Positions 1 to 12,413 of a stretch of 64,000 nt of DNA are shown piece by piece (the stretch's first letter is position 1; the number at the start of each line of letters is the position of its first letter). The notes under the pieces are model-generated. The model had not been told where the DNA came from, searched no databases, and saw only the letters and a list, made by a program, of their open reading frames with translations. This DNA comes from Haliotis cracherodii (taxonomy: Eukaryota), in NCBI RefSeq assembly GCF_022045235.1, contig NW_027266286.1, positions 64,666,001 to 64,730,000 of the forward strand. The letters are read 5' to 3'. The translations under genes were made by a program, and so were the position numbers.

Positions 1-862
1 TAGTATACAGAGGGATGTTTTATTTCTTAAACGAAAACGTCTGATAATGAAGGGTGGAATAAGTTCAAGTGCATAAACTATGTAGTTTTTTTACTTCAAC
101 ACAGCCCTTCTGGACGTTCATGCATCAAGAACGCACAAACCATCTCGTTTGATAATCATTTTCTCTTTCCGAAAGTCACAATAAGTTTTCCCTATTTAAA
201 CTTAATACAAGATGCGTTTTTTAGGCTGGCTCTTTTATGGACATATATAATTAGTATGAGCTGCGTAACTTTTCCAGGTGTATATGATATTTTGCTTACT
301 TGGAAAGTTATATGTTCTCAAAGACCAAAGTTGATTCAACTGCTATCTGTGTAAGGAACAATACAGTCGTCATGACAGGCGAGACTATCTATATATCATA
401 ATATGCATTTAGGTAAGAAAAACGTGACCCGCCTCTCATCTTAGACAGCTGCACGTTATCAAAGGGGTGTAAATAACCAGAATCTTCCGCAGAACTTCCT
501 ACACTTTCCAGGCTGAATATTAATTTTAAACCTTGAATTCTTGTAAATTTCATTTCGAGAAAAAAATATTTGTTTAGAAAACATATAATGTCCAGATTTT
601 GTTCAATAAAACCAATAAATCTTAAACTTTAAATACAAGCATAATATGATGAATTAAAACTGGACCCTGTTATATACCTCTGTTATGTATCTGGGTAATA
701 TATCTCTGTTATATAACAGTAACATTTGTACTGTTATCTAATCTAAATCTAATTCTTCTTCTAAAAAGACGTCATGTCGCTTGGCATGTTTACACGTCTG
801 TTTATTTACAATCATGCACATGTATAGATAAATATATAGTATAGATGCAAGTGATGGAACGC

Positions 863-1015
863 CGGATCGGGTGGTCAGGCTCGCTGACTTGGTTGATGCA
901 TGTCGTATCCCAGTTGCATAGGATGTCAACCACTGGATTGGTCAAGATTCGATTATTTGCAGACCGTTGTCATTTTGCTGGAATATTGCTGAGTGCGGTG
1001 TCAGACCACAAACAA
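863..1015 (+). mobile_element. SINE family B (V-SINE-like) fragment with internal deletions
   Basis: Matches other family B copies (GGATCGGGTGGTCAGGCTCGCTGACTTGGTTGA...GCTGGAATATTGCTGAGTGCGG) and has an ACAAAC tail. Confidence 0.8.
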
Positions 1016-2554
1016 GCTTCATCAGGATGGTGTTCATTAAATGATTTGGACACGTTGTGAGTGGATGTGGGTGGTGATGGAACTGTTAGGGAGGGGGGGG
1101 GGGGGAAGTGGTAATAATTTATTCGAGTACCTCTGCGCGTTACAATTATATGGATTTATACATCGTGTATGATGAAAGTCTGCAATTTATAAACACACAT
1201 TGATTATTCTATATCCCGTAAGCATAGCTCTTGTATAAACGTTATATTTCCACTCTTATCATCTGTTTCCAGATATAGGCATTTAGTTATGATCCCTGGT
1301 GAATTAGAAGAAAAAACGTAGATTTTTTTATGATAAATCTTAAATATTGAATGGGTTTCTGGTATGATGCGGTGGACGATATTGACATACTTGATGACGT
1401 CACCTATTGGGGTCGACTATTTATTTCCAAAGATTAATAATGTTTGATAAAAGATGAATAATTATGATATCAATAAAATCAATGAAAGGTGATCAGCCCA
1501 CTTAACATATTTGTGTCATGCTGAGTGATCAGAATTGAAATTGACCCTTAAAAATACACGTTCATGCAGCTAATTAATCCAATTTTCAAGTGTAAACATT
1601 CTTTTGCCCGGCATGTTATTTTTGTAAAACGTGTCACAGAAGCATATACATGTATGTGTTATGTGTTACAATGTTTAGATATTACTGTGTCATGTACATG
1701 CATACACCGCCACAGTATTTTTTGTCTTTTTTTACGAGGAGGCATTTCCAGATTAAACTAAACCAAGTCTAGTTTCATTGATTCCATATGAAAACAGCAG
1801 GAGAAAAAATATAATTATTTTAAAGAACTGTTTTCATTGACTAAGCGTTATTCTAGGAGATTCCAGGTTGAAAGAAGTACGCCATATCGTACAGGCCACA
1901 ACAGTGGGTCGCTGTATAATTTGTCTGATAGTTTACCCTCAACGGCGTCAGTTATTGCACGTGTTATCAGCCATTGGTTTGTCAGATCTGATTATCACCA
2001 GGGCACCACGACACGGCTGCGAATACAATAAAACACTCTCCCCAAACATCCATAACTGTCTCTGCGATTTCTCCCAATGACGCTACCTCTACTCTGAACT
2101 CAATTATTTTTCGGAATTTATTATCTTCCGAGTTAAATATAAAATATGTTATTAATACCATTTATACTCCTTATTTTAAGATAAACTAATACATTTTAAC
2201 TTAATTCACACCATAAACTATTATTGCATAAAAAGTGTTTACTTCTAAATCAAGATGACGCATTTGTATGTGTGACAAGTACGTTATCGCTGTCCTGCTG
2301 TAGATGCGCGAGATGGTAACAAACTGACAATGAATACCACACCAACAATTGTAGGGCTTTTTCCACTTAAAAAGACGTAGAGTCAGGGCCTAAATAAAAA
2401 CAAAACTGCAATAATATATTTTCGGAATATCTTCGAATGAATTAATTCAAATGAAACGCGCTGCGTGAAATGTTTTCTCTTATTAAAACGTTCACAAGTT
2501 TCAGTTTATACTGCCTATGATTATTTCATGAATCAGATTAATTCGACTTTCGTT

Positions 2555-2818
2555 AAATAGTGGGTCGGTAGGGTTGTGAAATAGTGGGTCGGTAGGGTTG
2601 TGAAATAGTGGGTCGGTAGGGTTGTGAAATAGTGGGTCGGTAGGGTTGTGAAATAGTGGGTCGGTAGAGTTGTGAAATAGTGGGTCGGTAGGGTTGTGAA
2701 ATAGTGGGTCGGTAGGGTTGTGAAATAGTGGGTCGGCAGGGTTGTGAAATAGTGGGTCGGTAGGGTTGTGAAATAGTGGGTCGGTAGGGTTGTGAAATAG
2801 TGGGTCGGTAGGGTTGTG
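2555..2818 (+). repeat. 24-bp minisatellite, 11 copies (AAATAGTGGGTCGGTAGGGTTGTG)
   Basis: Near-perfect tandem copies read directly, with only two substitutions. Confidence 0.97.
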
Positions 2819-3084
2819 GAATCCGTATATCAATTGGTAACAATGTATAAAACAACCCAAGTGAAAACACTCGTCTGGCCTGTTTCAGTAAATCTTCCTC
2901 AAAGATAAAACAAATTTCTCTTTTTCACCGTTTTACACCTTTTATGTACAAAACCTATCTTTAAAAAACGGAACAGAAAGTCCCGTTACACACATTATTG
3001 TCTTTCCTTTCGGTCAGAATAATATGGTTTCAAAAAAATGCGACAAAAATGTTCCATACTCATAAGAATTCTCTGCCAAAAGCA

Positions 3085-3530
3085 GAGTCGATTGTACGAT
3101 TCTGACTATATCATGAGCATGTGTTTATGAATCAATATGATACCAGGTGTTCGCCCAAGGTGCCGTTCACCTGGTAAATACACGGAAACATAAGGTTGAA
3201 GTCAAAATAGGTAATTGCATCGGACATCACTTCTGTCACTGATGCATCAAACTTTGAATGTCTGCTTTTTGAAGCTTTACTGAGGCGTTGAATATAACCC
3301 TGATCAAACAACTTTTGAACAAGAGTCTTATGGCGCTCTTTGGAATTTTCGTCGAAAGAACATGCTTGAAAGGGCATGTAGGTGCTGGAATATTTCTCAA
3401 TATAAAGGGGAGGTTGATTGTTTTAAAGATGAAGTCATAGTTAGAAACATTTGTTGTCTCTCATGCAAGTCCTGTATTGACTGTGATTCAGAATGATGAC
3501 GACAATCTGCCCAACACGGACTTGAGAGTC
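3085..3530 (-). mobile_element. Degraded Penelope-like retroelement RT 3' remnant
   Basis: Minus-strand translation INLPFILRNIPAP...ACSF...RHKTLVQKLFDQGY resembles the PLE RT thumb (NFPFL.SNIP..PAYG; LV.KLL.QGY). Homologous to 33136-33640. Confidence 0.65.
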
Positions 3531-4016
3531 ATCCAATTAACACGGATTCGACATTCATTGACATTTGAATAACGTGTGCATAATTATTATCGATTAAAAT
3601 GAAATATAAAAAAAACACATATTTAACAAAATATAATGTAAGTTTATTCTGCATAGTATCAAAATAACAATAAAATTTTATAACAATCAGGCACAAAATA
3701 CATACCATTATATGCATTCAAAACTGATAAAACATCATGAACACATTTCCTCTAGAACGTCACGAAGAGAAGGTCAATGTAGGCACTAGTTGGCAACTTT
3801 TACAGTTTATCGCTTTAAAGTGTTCATTGTGTAACGAAACCGCCGACGTCTACGACGCAGTAGCCCATGAAACAACACAACGTACTCACTGAACGCCTCG
3901 TTGTTGCTGGTTCGCCTTACACAGCTTGTGAATCAACGTCCTTGACGTTATTCAACGTCATCACTTTAGGACATTTTACTCATAATAAAATAGCGTCTAA
4001 TAAACGTACTCCAGTC

Positions 4017-4706
4017 TCAAGACTTCCATCCCTCCTTGTTATGACGGTGGGGTTGTGGGTGGGGGTGAGGCTTCACTTGACACTCGGGGCACGCACAGGG
4101 GAATCCCGGGACCCCAGGGGCCTGGAAAGCTGCTGTCGGCAGGGTGAGGTGTGGGTGGTGGTAGGGCGATGCTAACACGTGGCGGGCAGGGTCCACCGTG
4201 GGGGTGAAGTGAGGGGGGATCCCCAGGGGTGGAGCACTTCTCTGCAGAGACAGGTCTTGAACGAGTTTCCTCATCTCCTCCAGTGAACGCGTCAACATCA
4301 CGATGTAGTTCCTCGCAAGCAACAACGTCGACATCTTCGACAGCTTCTTCACCGTGGGGCCATGTGAGTATGGCATCACTTGCCGCAGACTGTCTAACGC
4401 CGAGTTGAGGTCGTGCATTCGCTCACGTTCCCGGCTGTTGATGCGGAGACGAACGTCCTCGGGAACACGTGACCTGGATGCGTTCATGTAGGATTCATTC
4501 GACAGCGGCGACGTCAAACCCTCCGCCTTCGCTTCCAACATCTCCAACGTGATATTGTGATCATACGCCGATCTGGTAGTCTTATCCGTGTTCATATCTT
4601 GATTGTGAAACTCCACGTCTATAGACGAGTCGGACAGATCGCCGGATCTATCCTCACTGGGTTCGAACCTGTCGACCGACTGAGCAACAACCTTCGCAGA
4701 AGACAT
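4017..4706 (-). CDS. Olig: Olig-family bHLH transcription factor, single-exon CDS, 229 aa
   Basis: b[56 protein letters not shown] matches the Olig signature (VMPY.HGP, LLLARNY) better than Bhlhe22/23 (VIPYAHSP, LAKNY). C-terminal PCACPECQ motif. First ATG is at 4706 (the ORF track starts at an upstream TTG). Confidence 0.9.
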   Translation of the reverse strand: MSSAKVVAQSVDRFEPSEDRSGDLSDSSIDVEFHNQDMNTDKTTRSAYDHNITLEMLEAKAEGLTSPLSNESYMNASRSRVPEDVRLRINSRERERMHDLNSALDSLRQVMPYSHGPTVKKLSKMSTLLLARNYIVMLTRSLEEMRKLVQDLSLQRSAPPLGIPPHFTPTVDPARHVLASPYHHPHLTLPTAAFQAPGVPGFPCACPECQVKPHPHPQPHRHNKEGWKS

Positions 4707-5664
4707 GATCAAGATGTGTACGGTGGAGTCTCTAGCAGTGTTCTGATGGGGAAAACAGTCGGGGCTGCTCTTATCTCCTCATTCGAAGCCTCCTAATGAC
4801 CGGAACAATGGTCTCCCGTGATGCACCTCTCAATTCTGACTTCTTCACGGTCTCTTGATCTGATGCGCCAACGCGCCTTTTAAAACTCGCATCATAATAC
4901 CTGTCAATCGCAGATAATTGCTTCCCCCTCAGGCTGCAAACAAACCTGCACAATGGGCGCTCCCCAGTGCCTTCTGGGAGGCAACATGATCCTAGTACAC
5001 CTCCCCCGTGAGAACAGCGATCCTTCCTTCACGGAATAACTAGACAATATTGATAAAGTCTGCACATATCACTTCGAAAATTGGCATTAATTATAACCAA
5101 TATTCATAGACAGGCAAACTTGAGCCTGGGTGGCCGAGCGTCAAAAATGTCCAACGTCAGATCTAAATATCAATCTGTAGCCAGTTGATATCGAATTATT
5201 TGTATCGGAACAAGAGAGAAAAATAACAACCAGAGCAAGCGATAAATGAACTTTTGGAAATTCATACTGCAAAACTGACTGACAACTTGAGAAGAGAGCG
5301 AGTAACAGCACGTAGTGATCAACAAAACATGGTGGGATTTGCCGAACGGTTCCCACCCCAATCAATTTCATTGCTTTTGTGGATTTTGCCTTTGCACGTT
5401 TTATTGACTCAAATAAAAAATGTCTTTTTAAAAAAAACAAATCTTGAGTGACAGATATATATTTTGTGAACTTATGAACTTGTGAGTTATATAAAGACAT
5501 TATTTATATATTTTCTATACAGATTTGATTTCAGAACCATAGCGAATGTGGTCAAAATATTAAAAAAATGTTTCATGTAGTTTATTTAAATAATCTCTTA
5601 AATGTGGGGTTGGTCGTTAAATAAAAATGAATATGTGACAAGTCATTACATTTCTTCTCTTCAC

Positions 5665-5723
5665 TCCGCCGTGATCTTGCTCGAATATTGCTATAAAGCG
5701 GCGTAAAACCATACTCATTCATT
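5665..5723 (+). mobile_element. SINE family A 3' fragment
   Basis: CGCCGTGATCTTGCTCGAATATTGCTATAAAGCGGCGTAAAACCATACTCATTC matches the family A tail. Confidence 0.75.
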
Positions 5724-6518
5724 TCCCTTTACTTTGATGGGTTTGTTTTTTTTTATATGAGGTGTGACGTGCAGAACACGTTTTTTAAAACAATCTAACA
5801 AATGTCTCTCGTTAAAGTGCCTCTTAATATAATATGTATTCCAAGCTCACTTTTATGTCGATTGGTGTGTTCATCGATGGGTGCTATGATCATCTAGGAG
5901 TAGAACTGAGAAAACGAAAGTTTAAAGAAGACGATTGGCAAAAGCAGAAGCCGGAACTGTCATCAATTTGTTTAATTAACAAAATCAGAACAAGATACGA
6001 ACTGCGTGCTAAACTGTCAGTGTCAGCAAAGAAAAGGCATCCGTCTAGTAAACAACACACGATGTTAAATCAATACCAAGGCGTAAGGTGACAATACATT
6101 CTAATATCCGTTGTCTACAAATATTGATAACATACCTCTATTCAGTATTATATCTTCGCTAATTAGTTTGCCTTCTCTACAACATTCAACAACCAACAAA
6201 GTAGCCGGGGGTGCTATCTGAACCTAAGAATCAGTTTTAGGGACAATGCCAACAGCACCGAGAAGTATAAGGGGACGGACAGATGGCCACCTATCCCCCA
6301 GGCTCTGTGACAGACATCACTGATCTATATCGCGTGGGGATGTTTAATTTCTGCGTGTGATGAGTTATTTAGTAACAGTTTATTTTTTATAAGTAGGATG
6401 AAACAAATTAAATTCTTCTACTTACAAAAGTAGCTATATATTGAAGCGATAGTTTTCTTTCTATTTGCTGTGATTTTATTGAAAGATTTTTTTATTTGAA
6501 CAGTAATGCTGCTGAAGT

Positions 6519-6795
6519 TTTGTTTGTTTGTTTGTTTGTTTGTTTGTTTGTTGTTTAACGCCGCATTCACCAATATCCCAGCTATATGACGGCGGTCTGT
6601 AAATAATCGAGTCTGGGCCAGAAAATCAAGTTATTGATATCATGAGCATCGATCCACGAAGCGATGACATGCATCAACCAAGTCCGCGAGCCTGGCCACC
6701 CGATCCCTTTAGTCGCCTCTTACGACAAGCATAGTCGCCTTTTACGGCAAGCATGGGTTGCTGAAGACCTATTCTATCCCGGACCTTCACGAGTC
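6519..6795 (-). mobile_element. SINE family B (V-SINE-like)
   Basis: Contains the GCTTGTCGTAAGAGGCGACTAA core and a (CAAA)n tail; near-identical to the other family B copies. Confidence 0.9.
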
Positions 6796-6805
6796 GTTGC
6801 GAAGT

Positions 6806-6959
6806 AGTGAGTGAGTATGGTTTTACGCCGCTTTTAACAGCAATATCACGGCGGGGGACACCCGAAATGGGCTTCACACATTGTACCGACGTGGGAATCG
6901 AACCCGGGCCTTCGGCGTGACGAGGGAACGCTTTAACCACAAGGCTATCCCACCGCCCC
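6806..6959 (-). mobile_element. SINE family A (tRNA-Asp-like head)
   Basis: A box, B box GGTTCGATTCC, shared body and ACTC tail. Confidence 0.9.
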
Positions 6960-7203
6960 TGTTGTTGAAGTACTACTTAGATTGCAATACAATCCCACTC
7001 GCACAAACATTCGTGGGGCTTGTAAATATTCTCACACTGTAGATCATAAATAGCCGTGTGACTAACTAATCGGTTGACATAGTAGCCTTCGTTGCAGAAA
7101 TTCAACCACCAATACTATGGTGCCTTAAATCACTCGCGCACTTTGAAACTTCTATATAGTTCACTTGTTGTTACCCTTCCTGGTACAAGACATGGGTTGG
7201 AGG

Positions 7204-7385
7204 CTAAAACAAAGACTGGTCGGCTCGGAGTCAGTATACTGTGTCTGAGTAGTGTATCCATGTAAACTGCGGCATGGTATCCCAGTGGACTAGCACTATA
7301 TAGTCCGGACTAACACAAGGTCACACACACGCACGAACGAACGCACGCACACACGCACGCACACACACACATACACGTGCATGCA
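7204..7385 (+). mobile_element. SINE family C (Meta-SINE-like) fragment ending in CA repeat
   Basis: AAACAAAGACTGGTCGGCTCGGAGTCAGTATACTGTGTCTGAG...CTAGCACTATA matches the full copy at 62614-62964. Confidence 0.8.
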
Positions 7386-7704
7386 CATGCACCCATTTCA
7401 CACACACACCCCTCACTCCCCCATTACCCCACAATACAACTCTCACTCAAAAAACTCAACGCAATAACAATACCCAGATCCCCACAGCCATCAAAACCCA
7501 ATAGTTCATTCACATTCGATACGAGTTTGGTTTATTCCAACAAAGACGAAATAGATTGCTGTAATGTAACATTGATGGTGCTTCATATATTTGAATTGAC
7601 GTCAATGATACTTTGAATTTAAGTGTCGTACAAATGGCGTACGTGTGGTGGATTTAAGTTATACACGAACACGTTTTAATTCACAAATGCTTCTTTTTTT
7701 ATGG

Positions 7705-7960
7705 TTGGTTGGTTGGTTGGTTGGTTTGTTGTTTAACGCCGCACTCAGCAATATTCCAGCTATATGACGGCGGTCTGTAAATAATCGAGTCTGGACCAGA
7801 CAATCCAGTGATTGACATCATGAGCATCGATCCACGCAATTGGGATACGATGACATGCATCAACCAAGTCAGCGAGCGTGACCACCCGATCCCGTTAGTC
7901 GCCTTTTACGGCAAGCATTGGTTGCTGAAGACCTATTCTACCCCGGATCTTCACGGTCTC
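7705..7960 (-). mobile_element. SINE family B with TSD TTTTTTATGG
   Basis: TSD at 7695-7704 and 7961-7970; (AACC)n tail. Confidence 0.92.
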
Positions 7961-9592
7961 TTTTTTATGGAATCAAATAAGAGATATTACAAAGTCAGGG
8001 ATATATATTAAAATTCATGATTTCCTTGTAATTTACTTTACTTTATATCATGTGAAAAAGGCAGTCACGTGTCAACTGCCGTGCAAAAGAAAGTATACAC
8101 TTGAACATTGGATCTTACCAAACTATTGCAAACGTTTTCAAGACGTTCCTTATCTGAAACACTGCATACTTCAGGTCCAAAACACAGCTATGATACCCGT
8201 ATCAAATGCATCACCGTCGAACAACCAGTTCTTGATTATTTTCTCTATTTAGCCACCATCAAACATGGGTGTAAAACCCCCTGTCCGGCAGTTTATTAGA
8301 AAAGTACCAAAGACAGCATTTTGCGGGATAAAACCTGAAATGAATGATATATGTTTTCGATGTCACATTAAAAGAGTCTTGTTTGTCGTCATTTAAAAAC
8401 AGATTGATTACGTAGAGATAATGTTTATTTTATTGTAATGAATAATCTCACAACATAACATTGCACAAGATGACAGGCGAGTTATGTTATACATGATGTG
8501 ATCCACAGATTTTATGTTTAAATTAAATTGAAAACGAAGTTTATTTCTATAAAATACAGGGTCGGATTTTGATGAGAAACGAGATTATTTTATGTGTTCT
8601 TATGTCGTATAATAAAGTGGAACACGAACAAAATAACATTTTGAAAAAAATGCATTGTCATAGAAGAAAATAACAATACTTGATTTCTTTCAGACCCGCA
8701 TCAGAAAACACAACGTTAACAAAACCGATTAATTCTACTATTTCTGTTTTAAGACAGAAATTAAATTTTCTTAACTGAACTGAACCGCATTTGTATATAG
8801 GCCGCAAAGCGACAACAGAGATAATAAAAAGTGTTGATTATACAAAGCTATGAACACGAAAACAATGTTACAATCTCATAAACATGTAATTCATAAACAG
8901 CGATCGGATCAGGTTAATGACACAAATTCTTAAAATTTGTGCAAACATTTATATATTCTTTCCAGGTTTAAACTATATCATGACTGTTACACAACATAGA
9001 TGCTAGTAGTTTTCTTCATGTTCCTAAATCGTGGATCTTTAAAAAGCAATTTCATTTTAAACGAGTTAGGTTTAATATAATAATATTAATAATTATGAAT
9101 CAGTTGTTTCATATTGTTTAACCGAGGTAGCATGTATCCCACTGGTAAACAATTGTTTCATCGCACCGCTATTTTGAACAGTTATATAATCACTGAAGCA
9201 ATTGTTCTTATATCAGCCGCGGTAATTATAAGCGCTTTCAAAGACACGTCGTTGATTTTCCACATTATCATACGTTTTGTACTGTTATCAACCTCTCTGT
9301 GTTAACGTTTATTACCAAACATCCGACATACAACGTTTCTATGTCTGTCGTCGTTTTCATAAAATCTTTCAGAATGTCATTTCGTTACTTTTAAATCGCC
9401 GGGCAAGAGAAAGTACACGCTTGAAAATTGGATTAAACCAAAATATTACAAACGGTATCAAAACGTTACTCGGCTGACAACATTCGCCGAAACATTGCAG
9501 ATTTAAGGTCCAAAACACAACCATCACATATATCACCTTCGAATGACAATTTCTTATTTGTCTCATTTTTAGCCACCATCAAACATGGAGGA

Positions 9593-9919
9593 GTGAGTGA
9601 GTGAGTGAGTATGGTTTTACGCCGCTTTTAGCAATATTCCAGCAATATCACGGCGGGGGACACCAGAAATGGGCTTCACACATTGTACCCATGTCGGGAA
9701 TCGAAACCGAGTATTCGGCGTGACGAGCGAACGCTCTAACCACTAGGCTACCCGACCGCCCCTATAGACATTGTTAAATGTAAACGTTATCAGTAACTTT
9801 TCTGAAGCACACACTCACGCTCTATGAGAACTCGCACAGTTATGCGACGGATATGAGTCGAACCCGGGTCTTCGGCGTGACGAGCGAACGCTTCAATCAC
9901 TAGGCTACCCGACCGCCAC
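9593..9919 (-). mobile_element. Composite SINE-A insertion (head fragment + ~90-bp spacer + full SINE-A) within one 13-bp TSD
   Basis: CAAACATGGAGGA at 9580-9592 and 9920-9932; full copy 9593-9762, extra head 9855-9919. Confidence 0.85.
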
Positions 9920-11511
9920 CAAACATGGAGGAATACTTTCTTTTACCCGAAAGTTTAATTCAAAACTGCCATAATCATATCTCACTTCGATTTTCCTTTG
10001 CCGACAGGCATTCATGACATAATGTCTGAATCCTGCCTGAATGAAAAGTGGTAGTGACTTGCTTGTCATCAGTGTGTTCTTAATAGTTTCCCCTTTCCTG
10101 ATTCAAACCCATTTTCACTTTGACATTTAACTGACATTAATGAAACGCCACTGGGAAACAGAGTTCATTTGGAAGAAAAGTACTTTACAAATGAATCAGA
10201 AAAGAAAATTCCATCGGTCAGGCAATTACATTGACCTTCTGGAACGTAGGCTAAGTGCGACACGCATTCGTTCCTTAATACCAGCAGATTTACCTTAATT
10301 ACCTGCTGACAAATGATAGGTTGTATTGCAGTGGTTTCCTGTTTAATTCCGAGGGAATTAAGTCGATTGTTAGGTTACGGCATGTGGAGTATCTGTATTA
10401 ACCCTGTCCCCAGGTGGCGCTACGAGACAAACATATCCAGGACATACGGCGCGCGCACGTCAACAGATCTACACCAGGTACAGTAATTACCTGCTCGCGA
10501 GATTGGCCCGTTTACATCTGTTTGTCTGCCTCAGTGGGAGCGCCGCAACATGTCATCAAAATGATTCTCGTAATTATAGTGCATGTATAATCGATACCTC
10601 CAGTAACGAGTTTCACTTTCACGGGTATTAGTTATTTGACGCCTCGGTGGCCCGGGACCCACTTAGCCTTGACTTTTGCCCCGGGTCATGAGTCAGGGTC
10701 ATGGTCACGGTCGTTCTCACACCTTTGGATCAGAACTCAATTTACTCTGTAATGAGGTGGTGATAGTATCGCGCCTCAACCAACTGGTCACCGAATGTTT
10801 GCTTAGATTAATATCTTACATCCACATGTCCACGGTCTTTCTTAGTATAGATCTACCGATGGACAGACTGAGAGGACGTTTGTGACTTAAGACAGGTAAT
10901 TTGTGTCGGCCATTACAGAAGACGGGGAGAATGGGTCGTTGTTGACGTTGACGTAAGCATCCTTGACACGGCTTGTGTCACACATCTTCCCTTGTGGGAA
11001 CAGAGACAACCAACACGGTCCTAGCATCAGACATACACACAAAAGATTGCCGCGCCTCTGCTGTAAGTCGGCTGAACGTATGTCACACATGGCGTAAAGA
11101 TTAGCAGTTGTCTAAAGCTGTCGTCTGCACCGTCGGGAGTTATCGTCTGCTTGCACGTGTATTGCAGACGATATGGCGGGATAGTTCATTGTCACCGCGG
11201 GGTGTTATTGATAAATCTTGGCACATGATGGTTAATCCGATTTGTAAACCGTTCTCCTTTTACTCATCTCCGTAAAACGCGCACTGCACCGAATCACATA
11301 TTGTAGCGAATGTTCTGAAGCTTTAATTATCACTGTTCGAAAGTAAGTATATGCAATTTAAATATATTCAGTTGACAGCAAAAACATGTGTGGTGTTTAA
11401 GCACTCCTCATCGAGATTCTCCAGTCAATTGGATTGTCCAGTCCAGACTTGATTATTTACAGATCGTTACAGATCTAAGTGTTTGGCATGCCTACAAGGT
11501 CTGTGGTGTGT

Positions 11512-11677
11512 AGGGGCGGTCGGGTAGCCTAGTGGTTAAAGCGTTCGCTCGTCACACCGAAGGCCCGGTTCGATTCCCGACATGGGTAGAATGTGTGAAG
11601 CCCATTTCTGGTGTCCCCCGCCGTGATATTGCTGGAATATTGCTAAAAGTGGCGTAAAACCATACTCACTCACTCAC
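11512..11677 (+). mobile_element. Full-length SINE family A with 12-bp TSD
   Basis: TSD TCTGTGGTGTGT at 11500-11511 and 11678-11689; A and B boxes; (ACTC)n tail. Confidence 0.95.
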
Positions 11678-12324
11678 TCTGTGGTGTGTCCAGATATTTG
11701 ACACAGTAACCAGATTTGTTGTGTTGCATCCAGATATTTGGTATTATGACTTGTTTTTGTTTCCATATATCTGTCATTTTGTTTAAACAAACTGTGACGG
11801 TGGCATTGTATCACGTTTTTGACATTGTATCTCGGTATCTAAAACAGAGTCGTAAATTTGAGTTAGTGGCTCTGAGGCGTTAAACCGTATTTCAGTGTAA
11901 GTTTGGCGTATGAGGGAATCCGAAGTGATACAGGCCTTTTTAGAGATACGAAACATGATCAGGACGAAACTGGGATTCGAACCCACGATCATATGTTGCT
12001 GGTTGGCCTAACGGACGCAACTCTGCCCTCTTGAGTCATAACAAAACCTGTTTGGTAATGTATGTATCATTTGATATCATATCTCCGGTGTTTGGCATTA
12101 CACATCGGTGTTTGGAACATTATTCCTTCAGATAAACTGTGGCAATGTCATACTAGCCAGTTTGACAGATAATCACACAGTGAGGAACACTGGAATTGTC
12201 TGGCTTATAACAAGTTCATTTTGGCATTATTAACACGCTCTGTATGTTCTTGCTGTAAACAAACATGCTGACGTTATCAAGAAGATTGGAAGCAATATAT
12301 CCGGATTCTCAATCCCCACATGAC

Positions 12325-12373
12325 GTGCACACACATAAAGATAGACAAACACACATACAAACAAACTGTGAGC

Positions 12374-12413
<40 letters not shown>

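Noticed and set aside
2501-2870. Repetitive ORFs (FHNPTDPL)n and a CRISPR-like look
   Set aside because: Translation of a 24-bp minisatellite; no unique spacers and eukaryotic context
11512-11590. SINE-A heads as tRNA genes
   Set aside because: No acceptor stem; they continue into a SINE body and tail with TSDs
11900-11975. GGACGAAAC as a hammerhead ribozyme half-core
   Set aside because: No upstream CTGANGA or compatible stems found
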